Assembly: GCA_963740355.1 (NCBI GenBank)
Contig: CAVUDW010000003.1
Coordinates: forward strand, 2,240,001-2,304,000
Direction of reading: 5' to 3'
DNA: 64,000 nt
Source of the DNA: an uncultured Gemmatimonadaceae bacterium
GTDB lineage: Bacteria > Gemmatimonadota > Gemmatimonadetes > Gemmatimonadales > Gemmatimonadaceae
Shown: piece after piece, positions 50,262 through 60,657 of the stretch
Position numbering within the stretch: the stretch's first letter is position 1
Layout of the letters: each line of letters begins with the position of its first letter
The notes under the pieces: model-generated
The model's database searches: none
Told to the model about the DNA's origin: nothing
What the model saw: the letters and a program-made list of their open reading frames with translations, nothing else
Position numbers and translations under genes: made by a program

Positions 50262-52202
50262 ATGAGCGACAGCGAGGAGCGACACGCCTTCGTGCTCGAT
50301 TGCATCCAGGCCGGTGTCGTGATCCACAACGCAGCGACCGAGATCATCTACGCCAATGCAAAGGCGAGCGAGATGCTCGGCGTGACGCATGACCGCATCC
50401 TCGGCGTGGTCAATACCGACCCCCGATGGGTCTTCACGACCGAGGATGGCGCCCCGATGCCGGTCGAGGATTACCCGGTCAGTCGCGCACTCCGCACCCG
50501 CCAGGTCGTTCGGGACCTGGTGGTCGGTGTCCGTCGTCCGACCGACAACGAAAGCGTGTGGTTGATGGGCAACGCGTATCCGGTCATGGATGGCGACGGC
50601 GTGCCGATCGAGGTCGTGGTCACCTTCTCCGATGTGACTGGGCTCAAGACCGCCGAACGCGCCCGGAAGAAATCGGAGGAACGGCTCGAGCTCGTGCTGC
50701 AAGGGTCAACCGATGCGCCATGGGATATCGACTTGCTCAGCGGTGAGGCGTACTACTCGCCGCGCTGGTGGGCGATGGCCGGCTATGCGCCCAATGACAT
50801 GCCCGTCAACATGCTCACATGGACGCACCTGCTGCATCCCGACGACAAAGGCTGGGTGCTGCGCGATCTCGCCAGGCACCTCGACGAGGGCGCAACGACG
50901 TGGGCCACCGAATTTCGGTTCCAGCACAAGGACGGCCACGTCGTGCAGATCCTCTCGCGTGGATTCATCCTGCGCGATGCCACCGGTCGTCCGATTCGCG
51001 TCTCCGGCGCCAATACCGACATCACCGAGCGCCGGGCGATTGAAGCCCAGTTGCGACAGTCACAAAAACTCGAAGCGATCGGGCAGCTGGCTGGTGGAGT
51101 CGCGCACGACTTCAACAACCTCCTCGCCGTGATATGCGGCAATATCGAACTCGTGCAGCAGGATTGGGATGGCACTGCCGACCAGAACGATATGCTCGAT
51201 GAAGCGCTCGGTGCCGCGCGACGTGGCGCCGAGCTGACCCGTCGCCTCCTGGCCTCGACCCGCCAGCAGGCGCTTCAGCCAACGGTGGTGCACGTCGAAA
51301 CGATGGTGACGAACCTGGTGCAGGTTCTCCGGCGCCTGATTCACGAGTCGATCCGAATCGATACGCACGTCGCGGCCGACGTGTCGCGAATTCGCATTGA
51401 CGCCAACCAGTTCGAGAACGCGCTCCTGAATCTTGCAATCAACGCACGCGACGCGATGCCAAGCGGCGGTGTGCTTGCCATCAGCGCTGAAAACGTGGAC
51501 CTCAGCGACGCTGTCATCCCCGTTGACGTCGATGTCACCCCCGGCTCGTACGTGCGCGTATCGATCTCGGACGATGGCGTCGGCATGAGCCGCGAAACCC
51601 TGCAACACGCCCTCGAACCGTTCTTCACCACCAAGCCAGTCGGTCAGGGCTCGGGGCTGGGCTTGAGCATGGTCTACGGCTTCGTGAAGCAGTCGGGCGG
51701 CGGGCTCAAGATCTACAGCGAGCCTGGGCGAGGGACGTCGATCCAGCTCTACCTGCCTGCCACCGACGCGCAGGTGACCGCCGGTGACCTGGCGCACGAT
51801 GACGCACCACACGCCTCCGCCGAGCGGGAAGAAGTCGTGCTGGTGGTCGAGGACGACTCGAACGTGCGACTGTTCTGTCTCCGCTGCCTGAATTCACTTG
51901 GATATCGCACCATCGAGGCGATCAACGGTCCGAGCGCGCTTCGTGCAATCACGGGCGGCCAACACATCGACCTGATGTTGACCGACGTCGTGATGCCGAA
52001 CGGCCTCAATGGACCAGAGGTCGCGTCGGCCGCTCGCAAGATGATCCCCGGATTGCGGGTGCTCTTCATGTCGGGATATCCCGCCCACATGCTGGACGTG
52101 GATGATGCGCTGGCGCGGGAGCACCTGCTCACGAAGCCGTTCTCGCGCGCCATCCTGGCGCGAACGATTCGCGCACTCCTCGACGCACCGATTCAGGCGT
52201 AG
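50262..52202 (+). CDS. PAS-PAS hybrid sensor histidine kinase/receiver
   Basis: Two PAS domains; GVAHDFNNLL, NARDAM, PFFTTK and GLGLS; receiver motifs VVEDD, TDVVMP and KPF. Confidence 0.95.
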   Translation: MSDSEERHAFVLDCIQAGVVIHNAATEIIYANAKASEMLGVTHDRILGVVNTDPRWVFTTEDGAPMPVEDYPVSRALRTRQVVRDLVVGVRRPTDNESVWLMGNAYPVMDGDGVPIEVVVTFSDVTGLKTAERARKKSEERLELVLQGSTDAPWDIDLLSGEAYYSPRWWAMAGYAPNDMPVNMLTWTHLLHPDDKGWVLRDLARHLDEGATTWATEFRFQHKDGHVVQILSRGFILRDATGRPIRVSGANTDITERRAIEAQLRQSQKLEAIGQLAGGVAHDFNNLLAVICGNIELVQQDWDGTADQNDMLDEALGAARRGAELTRRLLASTRQQALQPTVVHVETMVTNLVQVLRRLIHESIRIDTHVAADVSRIRIDANQFENALLNLAINARDAMPSGGVLAISAENVDLSDAVIPVDVDVTPGSYVRVSISDDGVGMSRETLQHALEPFFTTKPVGQGSGLGLSMVYGFVKQSGGGLKIYSEPGRGTSIQLYLPATDAQVTAGDLAHDDAPHASAEREEVVLVVEDDSNVRLFCLRCLNSLGYRTIEAINGPSALRAITGGQHIDLMLTDVVMPNGLNGPEVASAARKMIPGLRVLFMSGYPAHMLDVDDALAREHLLTKPFSRAILARTIRALLDAPIQA

Positions 52203-52242
52203 TCCGCGTCGGTCATTCCCGACGACGCGATCGACCAACGCG

Positions 52243-52644
52243 TCAGGCCGGGGGTGACCCGCTGCCCACGCTGGCGGGATTCGTGAACAGCAGCCGCCCG
52301 AACGCGGCGAACAGGATCGCGCTCACCACACAGGTCACGCCGTACACCACGTCGCCGTGCGCGCGCCAAAGACGGAGCGCGGAGAAGGTGCAGTTGCTGA
52401 GAAACAGCATGTTGGTGAACAGCAGCGGCCGGCCGTAAATGCCGCCGATCATGGTGTGGCGCTGGAACCAGTTGAGTAGCGCAAGGGACACGACGGCACC
52501 GCCAAGCAGCGCGGCCATCCAGAGCGCGATCGGGGGAACGCCTGTCGCCGCCTGGGCAACGATGTCCTCACCGGCAAACAGCAACGCGAGACCAACCACG
52601 GCGTACACCACGCTCGTGACGACAAGCAGACGATTGACTGGCAT
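52243..52644 (-). CDS. Small integral membrane protein
   Basis: Four hydrophobic segments and an IGGIYGRP motif. Confidence 0.7.
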   Translation of the reverse strand: MPVNRLLVVTSVVYAVVGLALLFAGEDIVAQAATGVPPIALWMAALLGGAVVSLALLNWFQRHTMIGGIYGRPLLFTNMLFLSNCTFSALRLWRAHGDVVYGVTCVVSAILFAAFGRLLFTNPASVGSGSPPA

Positions 52645-52687
52645 CGAATGAATATGCAGCGGGAAACGAGCCGCGTGAGCTGGCGCG

Positions 52688-53107
52688 TCACTCCGGCAGG
52701 TACGTGATCCACTGGCGCAGGATGGCTTCCAGCGCGCCACGATGCGCATTGATGTCGGCCATGCTGGAAATCGTCACCAGTGCGCGATCGTTCGACTTCC
52801 AGTCGAGCAAGCCAGCGGGATCGGGAATTTCTGCACGCGCGGCGAGATCCGCCCTTGGCTTGGCGCCGAAATGCAGGACCAGCTGCACTCCCTTCTTCGC
52901 CCGCGGATTGAAGGTGGCAAAGTGTTCGCCCTGCGCAAAACTGGGCGCGTTCCACTTGATCCCCTCCGTAATGTGCGGGCTCACGCCACGAATCACCGTG
53001 CGCAGCTGTTGCATGATCAGCGCTGCCGCAGGTTTCTCGGTCGCGAACCATGCATCCACCGGACTCATACCATCGGTGGCGGGCTTCGCCGCTTTCTTGG
53101 CTGCCAT
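52688..53107 (-). CDS. DUF1801 (YdhG-like) protein
   Basis: Motifs ITEGIKWNAPSF, LVLHFGA and DPAGLL. Confidence 0.8.
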   Translation of the reverse strand: MAAKKAAKPATDGMSPVDAWFATEKPAAALIMQQLRTVIRGVSPHITEGIKWNAPSFAQGEHFATFNPRAKKGVQLVLHFGAKPRADLAARAEIPDPAGLLDWKSNDRALVTISSMADINAHRGALEAILRQWITYLPE

Positions 53108-53372
53108 TACGTTGCTCCCGTCACAATCGCCAGCATCTCGCCTGCATTCATCTCACGGTCTCGGGTCGAAAGGTCTCGGTGCGTCGTGTGCGGCATGACG
53201 GAGGTTGCGGCGGCGGCCAGATGCCCGCGCAGCTGGCCATGCCTGTTATCGTGACAGTGCCAACGATACGACAGCCAGTTTAAGGGTAGGCCGGCGTCGC
53301 GGCAGCATCGGGCTCTCGCTCAGCCGATCGCTCCATTCCCGATTGTCATCCGAATCAAGGCCAGAATTCGCC

Positions 53373-54299
53373 ATGCCGACGTTTCGCCGGGTCACACTGC
53401 TTGCGGCATGCCTGACGGCAGCCGCCTGTGCATCGCTGCCACGGGCCAGCGGGCCCAGCGAACCGCCACGGATCGCCGTGATTTCTGCCTTTGATGCAGA
53501 GCTCGTCCGGCTCAAGGCCGCCACCGAGATCACCGGAACCCGCGTCATCAATGGGCGCACCCACTATCTCGGCCGGCTGGCTGGCCACGACGTGGTGCTG
53601 CTGCTGAGCGGCTTCAGCATGGTGAATGCGGCCATGACCACGCAGGCCATGCTCGACCGATTTCCGATCAGCGGCATCGTCTTCTCCGGCATCGCCGGTG
53701 GCGTCAACCCGGGACTGCGGGTCGGCGATGTCACGGTGCCGGCGCAGTGGGGCAACTACCAGGAGAATGTCTTCGCGCGCGAGACGCCGACTGGATTCGA
53801 CCCAGGCCGGCAGACCGTGGAATTCACGAACTTCGGCATGATGTTCCCGCGTGGCGCCTCCGTGGTGCCACCCGACGGCCGGCCCGATTCACTGACGCGT
53901 CAGTTCTGGTTCACCGTCGGCACGACCGAGATGGCGACCGCGAAAGAGGTAGCCCGCACCGTCAAGCTCAGTCGCTGCACCAGCAGTGGCGAGTGTCTCG
54001 AACATGAGCCACGCGTCGTGACGGGCGGCAATGGTGTCAGTGGCCCCACCTTCGTCGATAACGCGGCCTATCGCGACTGGGCCTGGACCACCTTTCACGC
54101 CGACGCACTCGACATGGAGACAGCGGCCGTCGCATTGGTGGCCTATGAGAATCGTGTGCCCTACATCGCCTTCCGATCACTCTCCGACCTCGCGGGCGGC
54201 GGGCCGGGGAAGAATGAACAACCGGTGTTCGGCAAGCTGGCCGCTGACAACTCCGCAGCCGTGGTGATCGCATACCTGAAGGCGCTCCCCGCGAAATAG
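53373..54299 (+). CDS. Lipoprotein of the MTA/SAH nucleosidase (PNP_UDP) family
   Basis: Lipobox TAAAC; motifs SGIAGG, LDMETAA and RSLSDLAG. Confidence 0.88.
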   Translation: MPTFRRVTLLAACLTAAACASLPRASGPSEPPRIAVISAFDAELVRLKAATEITGTRVINGRTHYLGRLAGHDVVLLLSGFSMVNAAMTTQAMLDRFPISGIVFSGIAGGVNPGLRVGDVTVPAQWGNYQENVFARETPTGFDPGRQTVEFTNFGMMFPRGASVVPPDGRPDSLTRQFWFTVGTTEMATAKEVARTVKLSRCTSSGECLEHEPRVVTGGNGVSGPTFVDNAAYRDWAWTTFHADALDMETAAVALVAYENRVPYIAFRSLSDLAGGGPGKNEQPVFGKLAADNSAAVVIAYLKALPAK

Positions 54300-54324
54300 C
54301 ACCGCATTCCCAAACGCCCCGCAC

Positions 54325-55626
54325 ATGCACCGCTATTTCGAGTTCGCCAGGTACAAGACGAGTTACCGCCAGGAAATTGTGGCGGGCCTGACGACCTTCC
54401 TCACGATGGCCTACATCATCATCGTGAATCCGGCCATTCTGCAGGCCGCCGGCCTCCCGAAGGACGCGTCGATCACCGCCACCATCATCTCGGCCGCCTT
54501 TGGCACGCTGGTAATGGGCGTCTACGCGAAAAAGCCGTTTGCCATCGCGCCATACATGGGCGAAAACGCCTTCATCGCCTTCACCGTCGTGAAAGGCATG
54601 GGCTTCCCATGGCAAACGGCCCTCGGCGCCATCTTCCTCGCCGGCGTGTTGTTCACCGTGTTGACCGTCTTCCGGGTGCGAAGCTGGTTGGCCAACGCCA
54701 TTCCCCTCTCGCTGAAGCACAGCTTCGCGGTCGGGATCGGCCTGTTCCTGACGTTCATCGGGCTGAACGAAGTGGGCGTCGTGGCGCTGGGCGTGCCGGG
54801 CGCTCCGGTGGCACTGGGTCATGTCACAAGCCCTGCAACGCTGCTCGCCATCCTCGGCTTCACCATCACGATCTGGCTGTTGGTGAAGAAGGTGCCTGGC
54901 GCGTTGATCGCCGGCATCCTCGTCACCACGGTGCTCTCGTTCATCGGCGGCGTGACGCCGCTACCCAGTGCCCTCGTCAGCATGCCACCGAGTCTTGCGC
55001 CAATTCTCGGTCAACTCGATATCGCTGGCGCGTTGACGCTGAAGGGCCTGCCGGTGGTGGTGATCATCTTCGTCATGGCGTTCGTCGATACCATCGGCAC
55101 CCTCATCGGCCTCTCGGCGCGCGCCGGCTTCCTCGATGACAAGGGCAACCTGCCAGAGATCGAGAAGCCGATGATGGCCGACGCGCTCGCCAATCTCGTG
55201 GCGCCATTCGTCGGCACGACCACCAGCGGCGCGTTCGTCGAATCGGCAGCCGGCATCGAGGAAGGTGGGCGCACAGGCTTCACCGCGGTCGTGGTGGCAG
55301 CACTGTTCCTGTTGTCGCTGTTCTTCGCCCCACTCTTCACGGCCATTCCACCGCATGCGTATGGCATCGCGCTGGTGGCGATCGGCAGCCTCATGATCGC
55401 GCCCGTCGCGAAGCTCGATTTCACTGACTACACCGAGCTCATACCCGCATTTCTCACGATCGTGTTGATCAGCTTCACCTACAACGTGGGCGTCGGGCTG
55501 ACCGCAGGGTTGCTGATCTATCCCGTCCTCAAGTTGATCACCGGACGTGTGCGCGAAGTCTCGCCACCGCTCTGGGTGCTGGCGGGCATGTCACTGGTGT
55601 TCTTCCTCGTCTACCCGTATCACTGA
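54325..55626 (+). CDS. NCS2 family purine permease (AzgA/PbuG-like)
   Basis: Motifs EIVAGLTTFLTMAYIIIVNP, APYMGENAF and ESAAGIEEGGRTG. Confidence 0.93.
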   Translation: MHRYFEFARYKTSYRQEIVAGLTTFLTMAYIIIVNPAILQAAGLPKDASITATIISAAFGTLVMGVYAKKPFAIAPYMGENAFIAFTVVKGMGFPWQTALGAIFLAGVLFTVLTVFRVRSWLANAIPLSLKHSFAVGIGLFLTFIGLNEVGVVALGVPGAPVALGHVTSPATLLAILGFTITIWLLVKKVPGALIAGILVTTVLSFIGGVTPLPSALVSMPPSLAPILGQLDIAGALTLKGLPVVVIIFVMAFVDTIGTLIGLSARAGFLDDKGNLPEIEKPMMADALANLVAPFVGTTTSGAFVESAAGIEEGGRTGFTAVVVAALFLLSLFFAPLFTAIPPHAYGIALVAIGSLMIAPVAKLDFTDYTELIPAFLTIVLISFTYNVGVGLTAGLLIYPVLKLITGRVREVSPPLWVLAGMSLVFFLVYPYH

Positions 55627-55650
55627 TGTCGGTACACAGGCCAGCGCGGG

Positions 55651-56097
55651 TTACGGCACACGCACCGTAAAGACCGCCGGTTGTGATGTGATACCGCTGC
55701 CACTGCCCGTGATGGAGATGTTGGTCGTGGACGTCGGCATGCCGGCGGCGACCGTCACCGTCAGTGACGTACTGACCGCACTGGGCGAGACGGTGGGTGA
55801 TGCAAAGGCCACCGTGATGCCTGCCGGGAGCCCTGTGGCGGCCAGCGACACCGCGCCGGCGAAGTTGCCGCCGCGGGTCACCGCGAGACCTGCGCTGCCG
55901 CTTGCACCCGGCGCCACCGTCACGCTGGACGGTGTCAGGTTCACCGTGATCGTGCCCGTGACAACGGGCGGTGCCACTGAGCCGTTGCTACTACTGCTGC
56001 ACCCAGCCAGCGCCACGACAGCCAGCGCCGTGACAGACAGCGCCGCGAGGATCGAGGGTCGCAACTGGCGGCGAACTACACCAAGCATTGTCGTCAT
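55651..56097 (-). CDS. Small Ig-like lipoprotein
   Basis: Lipobox LAGC and a Ser/Thr-rich beta-sandwich (GLPAGITVAF). Confidence 0.7.
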   Translation of the reverse strand: MTTMLGVVRRQLRPSILAALSVTALAVVALAGCSSSSNGSVAPPVVTGTITVNLTPSSVTVAPGASGSAGLAVTRGGNFAGAVSLAATGLPAGITVAFASPTVSPSAVSTSLTVTVAAGMPTSTTNISITGSGSGITSQPAVFTVRVP

Positions 56098-56214
56098 TCG
56101 AATCCCTGAGAGACGGGTGACACCCCTTCGATCTGGAAACTGTCGTACACCACAGAGCGCCGCCATGCGACCGGTCGCTCCGCGCGTGGAGGCCTGCCAC
56201 TACGATACGACGCC

Positions 56215-57531
56215 ATGACACCAGAAACGACGCCAGACGCCGCCCCCGACCCGATGCCCCGCTGGCCGCTCTGGCAGCGCATCGCCTTCCGGTTCATCGC
56301 AGTCGCCTTGCCGTTGCTGATCATCCCGAATCTGATCGCCAGCTGGATCAAGCCGCTCGACACGGGAATCGACGCCGCCGTGGAGGCCGCCAACACGCAC
56401 CTCTTCCATGTCCGGCCGGTCCTGATCGCGCCCAATGGCAGCGGTGACACCTCGTGGTCGTATGCACATCTGTGGCTCGTCCTGCTGATCGCGACCGTGG
56501 CCACGGTCGTGTGGAGCGTGCTCGATGCTCGGCGTGCGGCGTACCCACGCGCCGCGTATGCGCTCCGTACGCTGCTTCGGTATCAACTCGCCAGCGCTGC
56601 GCTGACATACGGGATCATCAAGATTTTCGCACTGCAGATGACATTCCCCGCGCTGAGCCAGCTCGCCACGCCGCTCGGTGACTTCCTGCCGATGCGTTTC
56701 TCGTGGTTGTTCATCGGCTATTCCGTGCCGTACCAGGTTTTCTGCGGCGTGATGGAGACGATGGCTGGCCTGCTGTTGCTCTGGCGTCGATCCGTCACAC
56801 TCGGCCTGATCTTCGCGTCGGCGGCCTTCATGAACGTGCTGCTACTCAACCTCGCCTACGACGTGCCGGTGAAGCTGTACGCCTCACAGTTGCTGATCAC
56901 CAGTGCCATCCTGCTGGCGATGGATGCGCCGCGGCTGATCAACGGCTTGCTGCTCAACTCCCCGACACCACACTCCACGCTCTACCAACCGCCTTTCACC
57001 AGCGCACGCGCACGCGTGGTCGGCTGGCTCGCAAAGGCTGCGATCGTCGTCTACATCCTGTTTCTTCCACTGCAGAGCACCTGGGAGCGGGCGAGGTCGA
57101 ACGCCGCGCAAGCCGCCATGGCTGCCATTCCTCTCCCGGTCGGCGTGTACGACGTGACGCGATTCGTGCTCAAGGGCGATACCATCCCCGCACTGATCAG
57201 CGATACCACGCGCTGGCGCGACTTCATCATCGACAATGCACGACAGGGCAGCGTCGGAACGACTGACACCCTGTTCTGGCAGCGGTATCGACGCGGCTAC
57301 TTCCGCTTCAAGGCCGATACGGCGAAGCACATGCTCACCGTCTGGCGCACATCGATGCTGCAGGACAGCACACCGGTCTTCACCGCGCGCTACGCCGTTC
57401 GCGACAGCACGTCGGCGCAACTCTGGACCACGCTCCGCGGCGACTCCCTCTACGTCGAACTCGTGCGCAGCCCGCGGCATTTCCAGCTCGCCGAGCGACA
57501 GTTCCACTGGCTCTCGGAGTACAACCGCTAG
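56215..57531 (+). CDS. DoxX-like membrane protein
   Basis: Motifs YGIIKIFALQM, WLFIGYS and NLAYDVPVK; multiple TM helices. Confidence 0.75.
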   Translation: MTPETTPDAAPDPMPRWPLWQRIAFRFIAVALPLLIIPNLIASWIKPLDTGIDAAVEAANTHLFHVRPVLIAPNGSGDTSWSYAHLWLVLLIATVATVVWSVLDARRAAYPRAAYALRTLLRYQLASAALTYGIIKIFALQMTFPALSQLATPLGDFLPMRFSWLFIGYSVPYQVFCGVMETMAGLLLLWRRSVTLGLIFASAAFMNVLLLNLAYDVPVKLYASQLLITSAILLAMDAPRLINGLLLNSPTPHSTLYQPPFTSARARVVGWLAKAAIVVYILFLPLQSTWERARSNAAQAAMAAIPLPVGVYDVTRFVLKGDTIPALISDTTRWRDFIIDNARQGSVGTTDTLFWQRYRRGYFRFKADTAKHMLTVWRTSMLQDSTPVFTARYAVRDSTSAQLWTTLRGDSLYVELVRSPRHFQLAERQFHWLSEYNR

Positions 57532-57682
57532 GGTCAGGGCGGAGGCGAGCGGAGCGACTGAACCCAGGCCGTCAGGGCGGCACGAACATGGGACAGGCGA
57601 CCGGCGTATCCACCATGTAAACTCACGTCACTGACGGCGCGCCAGCCTGTCAGCTGCCTCCTTCACTGTCGCTGGAGTTTCC

Positions 57683-58636
57683 ATGGACCGCCGTCAGTTC
57701 GTCCTCACCACTGCCGCTGCCGCGGCTGCCGGGCGCCTGCGCCTCGACGCCCCACCGACGCAGGCCGCGCGGATCGCCAACGTTGGCGTGCAGCTGTTCT
57801 CGGTGCCGAAGCTGCTCGAGAAGGACTTCCGGGCCGGCATCGCCATGCTGGCAGGTCTGGGCTACCGCGAAATCGAGATGTACGGCCCCTTCGCCTTCAG
57901 CGCACCGGAAGCGATCGCTGGCTGGGCCGCCGTCACGCCGCAGCTCGGGTTCAGCGGCAGCGGCTTCTTCGGGCTCACCGCAGCGCAGGTGCGCGCGATC
58001 CTCGACGAAAATCACATCACTGCGCCATCGGTGCACACCGACTGGGCGACGCTGCAGACGGGTATGGGCCGCCTCGCCGACGCCGCACACACCGTCGGCT
58101 ACACCTACGTCGGCTTGCCGTCCATTCCACCTGACCTGCGCAAGAATCTCGACGACTACAAGCGCATGGCCGACAACTTCAACAAGGTCGGTGCGGAAGC
58201 GAAACGCCTCGGCCTCAAGTTCGCGTACCACAACCACGGCTACGGCCTGCACGAGATGGAAGGGCAGATTCCGCTCCACCTGCTCTTGAAGAACACCGAC
58301 AAGGATCTGGTCTTCTTCGAGATGGATATTTTCTGGACCGTGGCCGGCGGTGCCAATCCGGTCGAACTGCTGCGCACGAACCCGGGACGCTACCATCTCA
58401 TGCACGTGAAGGACATGAAGGCAATCCACCACTTCAGCGGTGACGGTGGCGACTCCAATCAGTGGATCGAGTTGTTCCAGTACATGACCACCGCTGGTGA
58501 CGGCGTGATGGAGCTGCCGGCGATCATCGCAGCCGGCAAGGCGAATGGCGTCAAGCACTTCTTCGTCGAGCAGGACATGGTGGCGAACCCGGACGTCGCG
58601 TTGAAGCGCAGCATCGACTACGTGAAGACGCTGTAG
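57683..58636 (+). CDS. Tat-exported sugar phosphate isomerase/epimerase (TIM barrel)
   Basis: Tat motif DRRQFV; motifs YHNH, FEMDIFW, HVKD and VEQD. Confidence 0.88.
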   Translation: MDRRQFVLTTAAAAAAGRLRLDAPPTQAARIANVGVQLFSVPKLLEKDFRAGIAMLAGLGYREIEMYGPFAFSAPEAIAGWAAVTPQLGFSGSGFFGLTAAQVRAILDENHITAPSVHTDWATLQTGMGRLADAAHTVGYTYVGLPSIPPDLRKNLDDYKRMADNFNKVGAEAKRLGLKFAYHNHGYGLHEMEGQIPLHLLLKNTDKDLVFFEMDIFWTVAGGANPVELLRTNPGRYHLMHVKDMKAIHHFSGDGGDSNQWIELFQYMTTAGDGVMELPAIIAAGKANGVKHFFVEQDMVANPDVALKRSIDYVKTL

Positions 58637-58712
58637 CGGTGCGCCTGGAGGCAGGCGGTTAGACTTCGCACCGTCCACCCGCCTGCACCTTCGCTTCCCG
58701 TCGTCGCCATTC

Positions 58713-59579
58713 GTGTCACCCAGCATCGCCGTTCTCTCGCAGTACCTGCTGCCGAAGACCGCATTGACCACGCTTGCCGGTCGCGCCGCCAGTGCGCGAC
58801 TGGGCGGCGTCACGACCTCGTTCATCCGATGGTTCGTGAAGCAGTATGACGTCGACATGCGCGAGGCCGCCGATCCGGATGTGGCGCACTACAGCAGCTT
58901 CAACGAGTTCTTCACCCGACCGCTGAAGGCAGGCGCACGTCCCATCGCCGCTGCAGACCTCGTCTGCCCGGTTGACGGCGCGATCAGCCAGTGTGGTCCG
59001 ATTGACGGCGACCAGATCTTCCAGGCCAAGGGGCATCACTACTCCACCACCGCGCTCGTCGCCGGCGACGCAACGTTGGCGGCACAGTTCACCGATGGCG
59101 TCTTTGCCACGATCTATCTCAGCCCGAAGGACTACCATCGGATTCACATGCCCTGTGACGGCACGCTGAAGAAGATGGTCTACGTGCCGGGCGATCTCTT
59201 TTCGGTCAACCCGGCCACCGCACGTGGGGTGCCGGGGCTCTTTGCACGGAACGAACGTGTGGTCTGCGTCTTCGACAGCCCCGCCGGGCCGTTCGTGCTT
59301 GTGCTTGTTGGTGCCACCATCGTTGGCAGCATGGCGACCGTCTGGCATGGCACGATCAATCCACCGCGCTCGGGCAGTGTGCGGGAATGGACCTACGACG
59401 ACGGCGCCGTCACGCTGAAACAGGGTGATGAAATGGGCCGCTTCCTGCTCGGCTCAACGGTCGTGCTGCTCTTCGGCAAGGACCGCGTGCTGCTCAACCC
59501 CCTGTGGAAGACCGAGCGCACTGTGCGTCTCGGTGAAGTGATGGGCACCTATCCTGCGCGCGAGTCAATGATCGGCTGA
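58713..59579 (+). CDS. psd: Phosphatidylserine decarboxylase proenzyme
   Basis: Motifs FNEFFTR, YLSPKDYHRIHMP and ARNER; LGST cleavage motif. Confidence 0.95.
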   Translation: MSPSIAVLSQYLLPKTALTTLAGRAASARLGGVTTSFIRWFVKQYDVDMREAADPDVAHYSSFNEFFTRPLKAGARPIAAADLVCPVDGAISQCGPIDGDQIFQAKGHHYSTTALVAGDATLAAQFTDGVFATIYLSPKDYHRIHMPCDGTLKKMVYVPGDLFSVNPATARGVPGLFARNERVVCVFDSPAGPFVLVLVGATIVGSMATVWHGTINPPRSGSVREWTYDDGAVTLKQGDEMGRFLLGSTVVLLFGKDRVLLNPLWKTERTVRLGEVMGTYPARESMIG

Positions 59580-59584
59580 GCCGC

Positions 59585-60070
59585 TCATTTCGCTCGACGC
59601 GGGCGTTGCTTCGCAGAAATCGACTTGATGATCAGCTTGCCGCGTCCCGACGATGCAAGGGCGCGCGGCGCCTCCAGTTCTGCGGCCCGAAGCAGATCGA
59701 GCACTGCAGGTTCTTCCAGCATCGCGGGGCCCGTCAATCGAAGGAATCGATGCTGATTGCCTTCGCCGAGGAGGATGCCAGATGGATCCGGGAGCGATGC
59801 GCCTCGGAAAAACGACATCGCGACGCCCTTCGGCGACACTGCCAGCGACACCAGGCAGTCCGACGTTCGCTCGCTGGCGGAATACCCTACGGCGAGGAAC
59901 TGGTAGTTGTCATACACCAGCTCATTCGCGGTTGGAAATCGCTTTCGCACGGCCGCCCGCAGTTCACGGAACAGGCGACCCACAGCCGGATCGTACTTCG
60001 CGACAAAACCGGCGAGTTGTGTCGAGGGAGTCGATCCCGTGGTAGCTGCAGCCTTCTTCGAGGCGGACAT
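59585..60070 (-). CDS. DUF1801-like protein
   Basis: Motifs ELVYDNY and GASLPDPSGILLGEG. Confidence 0.7.
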   Translation of the reverse strand: MSASKKAAATTGSTPSTQLAGFVAKYDPAVGRLFRELRAAVRKRFPTANELVYDNYQFLAVGYSASERTSDCLVSLAVSPKGVAMSFFRGASLPDPSGILLGEGNQHRFLRLTGPAMLEEPAVLDLLRAAELEAPRALASSGRGKLIIKSISAKQRPRRAK

Positions 60071-60190
60071 CGGCGCTCCATGGCGTGATGGTGCAACTTC
60101 TTGCACACGACCTGGCGGCTAGCACGCACCGACTGCGACAAGTGCCCTGCCCAACCGGTAGGCAGCCGCTCCCAACTCATTCCGTGGCAT

Positions 60191-60655
60191 TCACACCTCC
60201 TGCATGTGTAGAAGCGGAAACGGCCTCCCGCCCCCGTCCAGCTCCGATCGACCGACGACGCTGAACCCCTGCGCCTCGTAGAACTTCCGCGCCTCGGGAT
60301 TCTGTTCGTTGACGTCCACGCGCAACGCACCGTGCAGGGCGCGGGCATGCGCCAGGAGCAGTCGACCGCCGCCACGTCGGCTCCACTCGGGCGCGATGAA
60401 CAGCGCTTCCACTGACGCGCCGTCCAGCCCCATGAATCCCACTGGTGTCTCGCCCGACGTCAGCACCCATAGCGACAGCTGCGGCAAGGCCAGGTCACGG
60501 ACGACCGGGTACAACTCGTCGATGTCCACGGCGCTCAGGAAGGTGTGCGTCTCACGAACGGCGCGCAGCCAGATGTCCAGCAACAGCGCATGATCCGTGG
60601 CGCTGCCTTCCCGAATGCGCAGCGATGTGTCGGAGGCGGCGGCAGGATCCCCCAC
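60191..60655 (-). CDS. GNAT acetyltransferase (YjaB-like)
   Basis: Motifs THTFL, EALFIAP..RRGGGR, VDVNEQN and FYEAQGF. Confidence 0.88.
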   Translation of the reverse strand: MGDPAAASDTSLRIREGSATDHALLLDIWLRAVRETHTFLSAVDIDELYPVVRDLALPQLSLWVLTSGETPVGFMGLDGASVEALFIAPEWSRRGGGRLLLAHARALHGALRVDVNEQNPEARKFYEAQGFSVVGRSELDGGGRPFPLLHMQEV

Positions 60656-60657
60656 GA

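Noticed and set aside
53108..53372. Purine riboswitch upstream of the nucleosidase/permease pair
   Set aside because: I could not recognise an aptamer consensus or terminator by eye. An Rfam scan would settle it.
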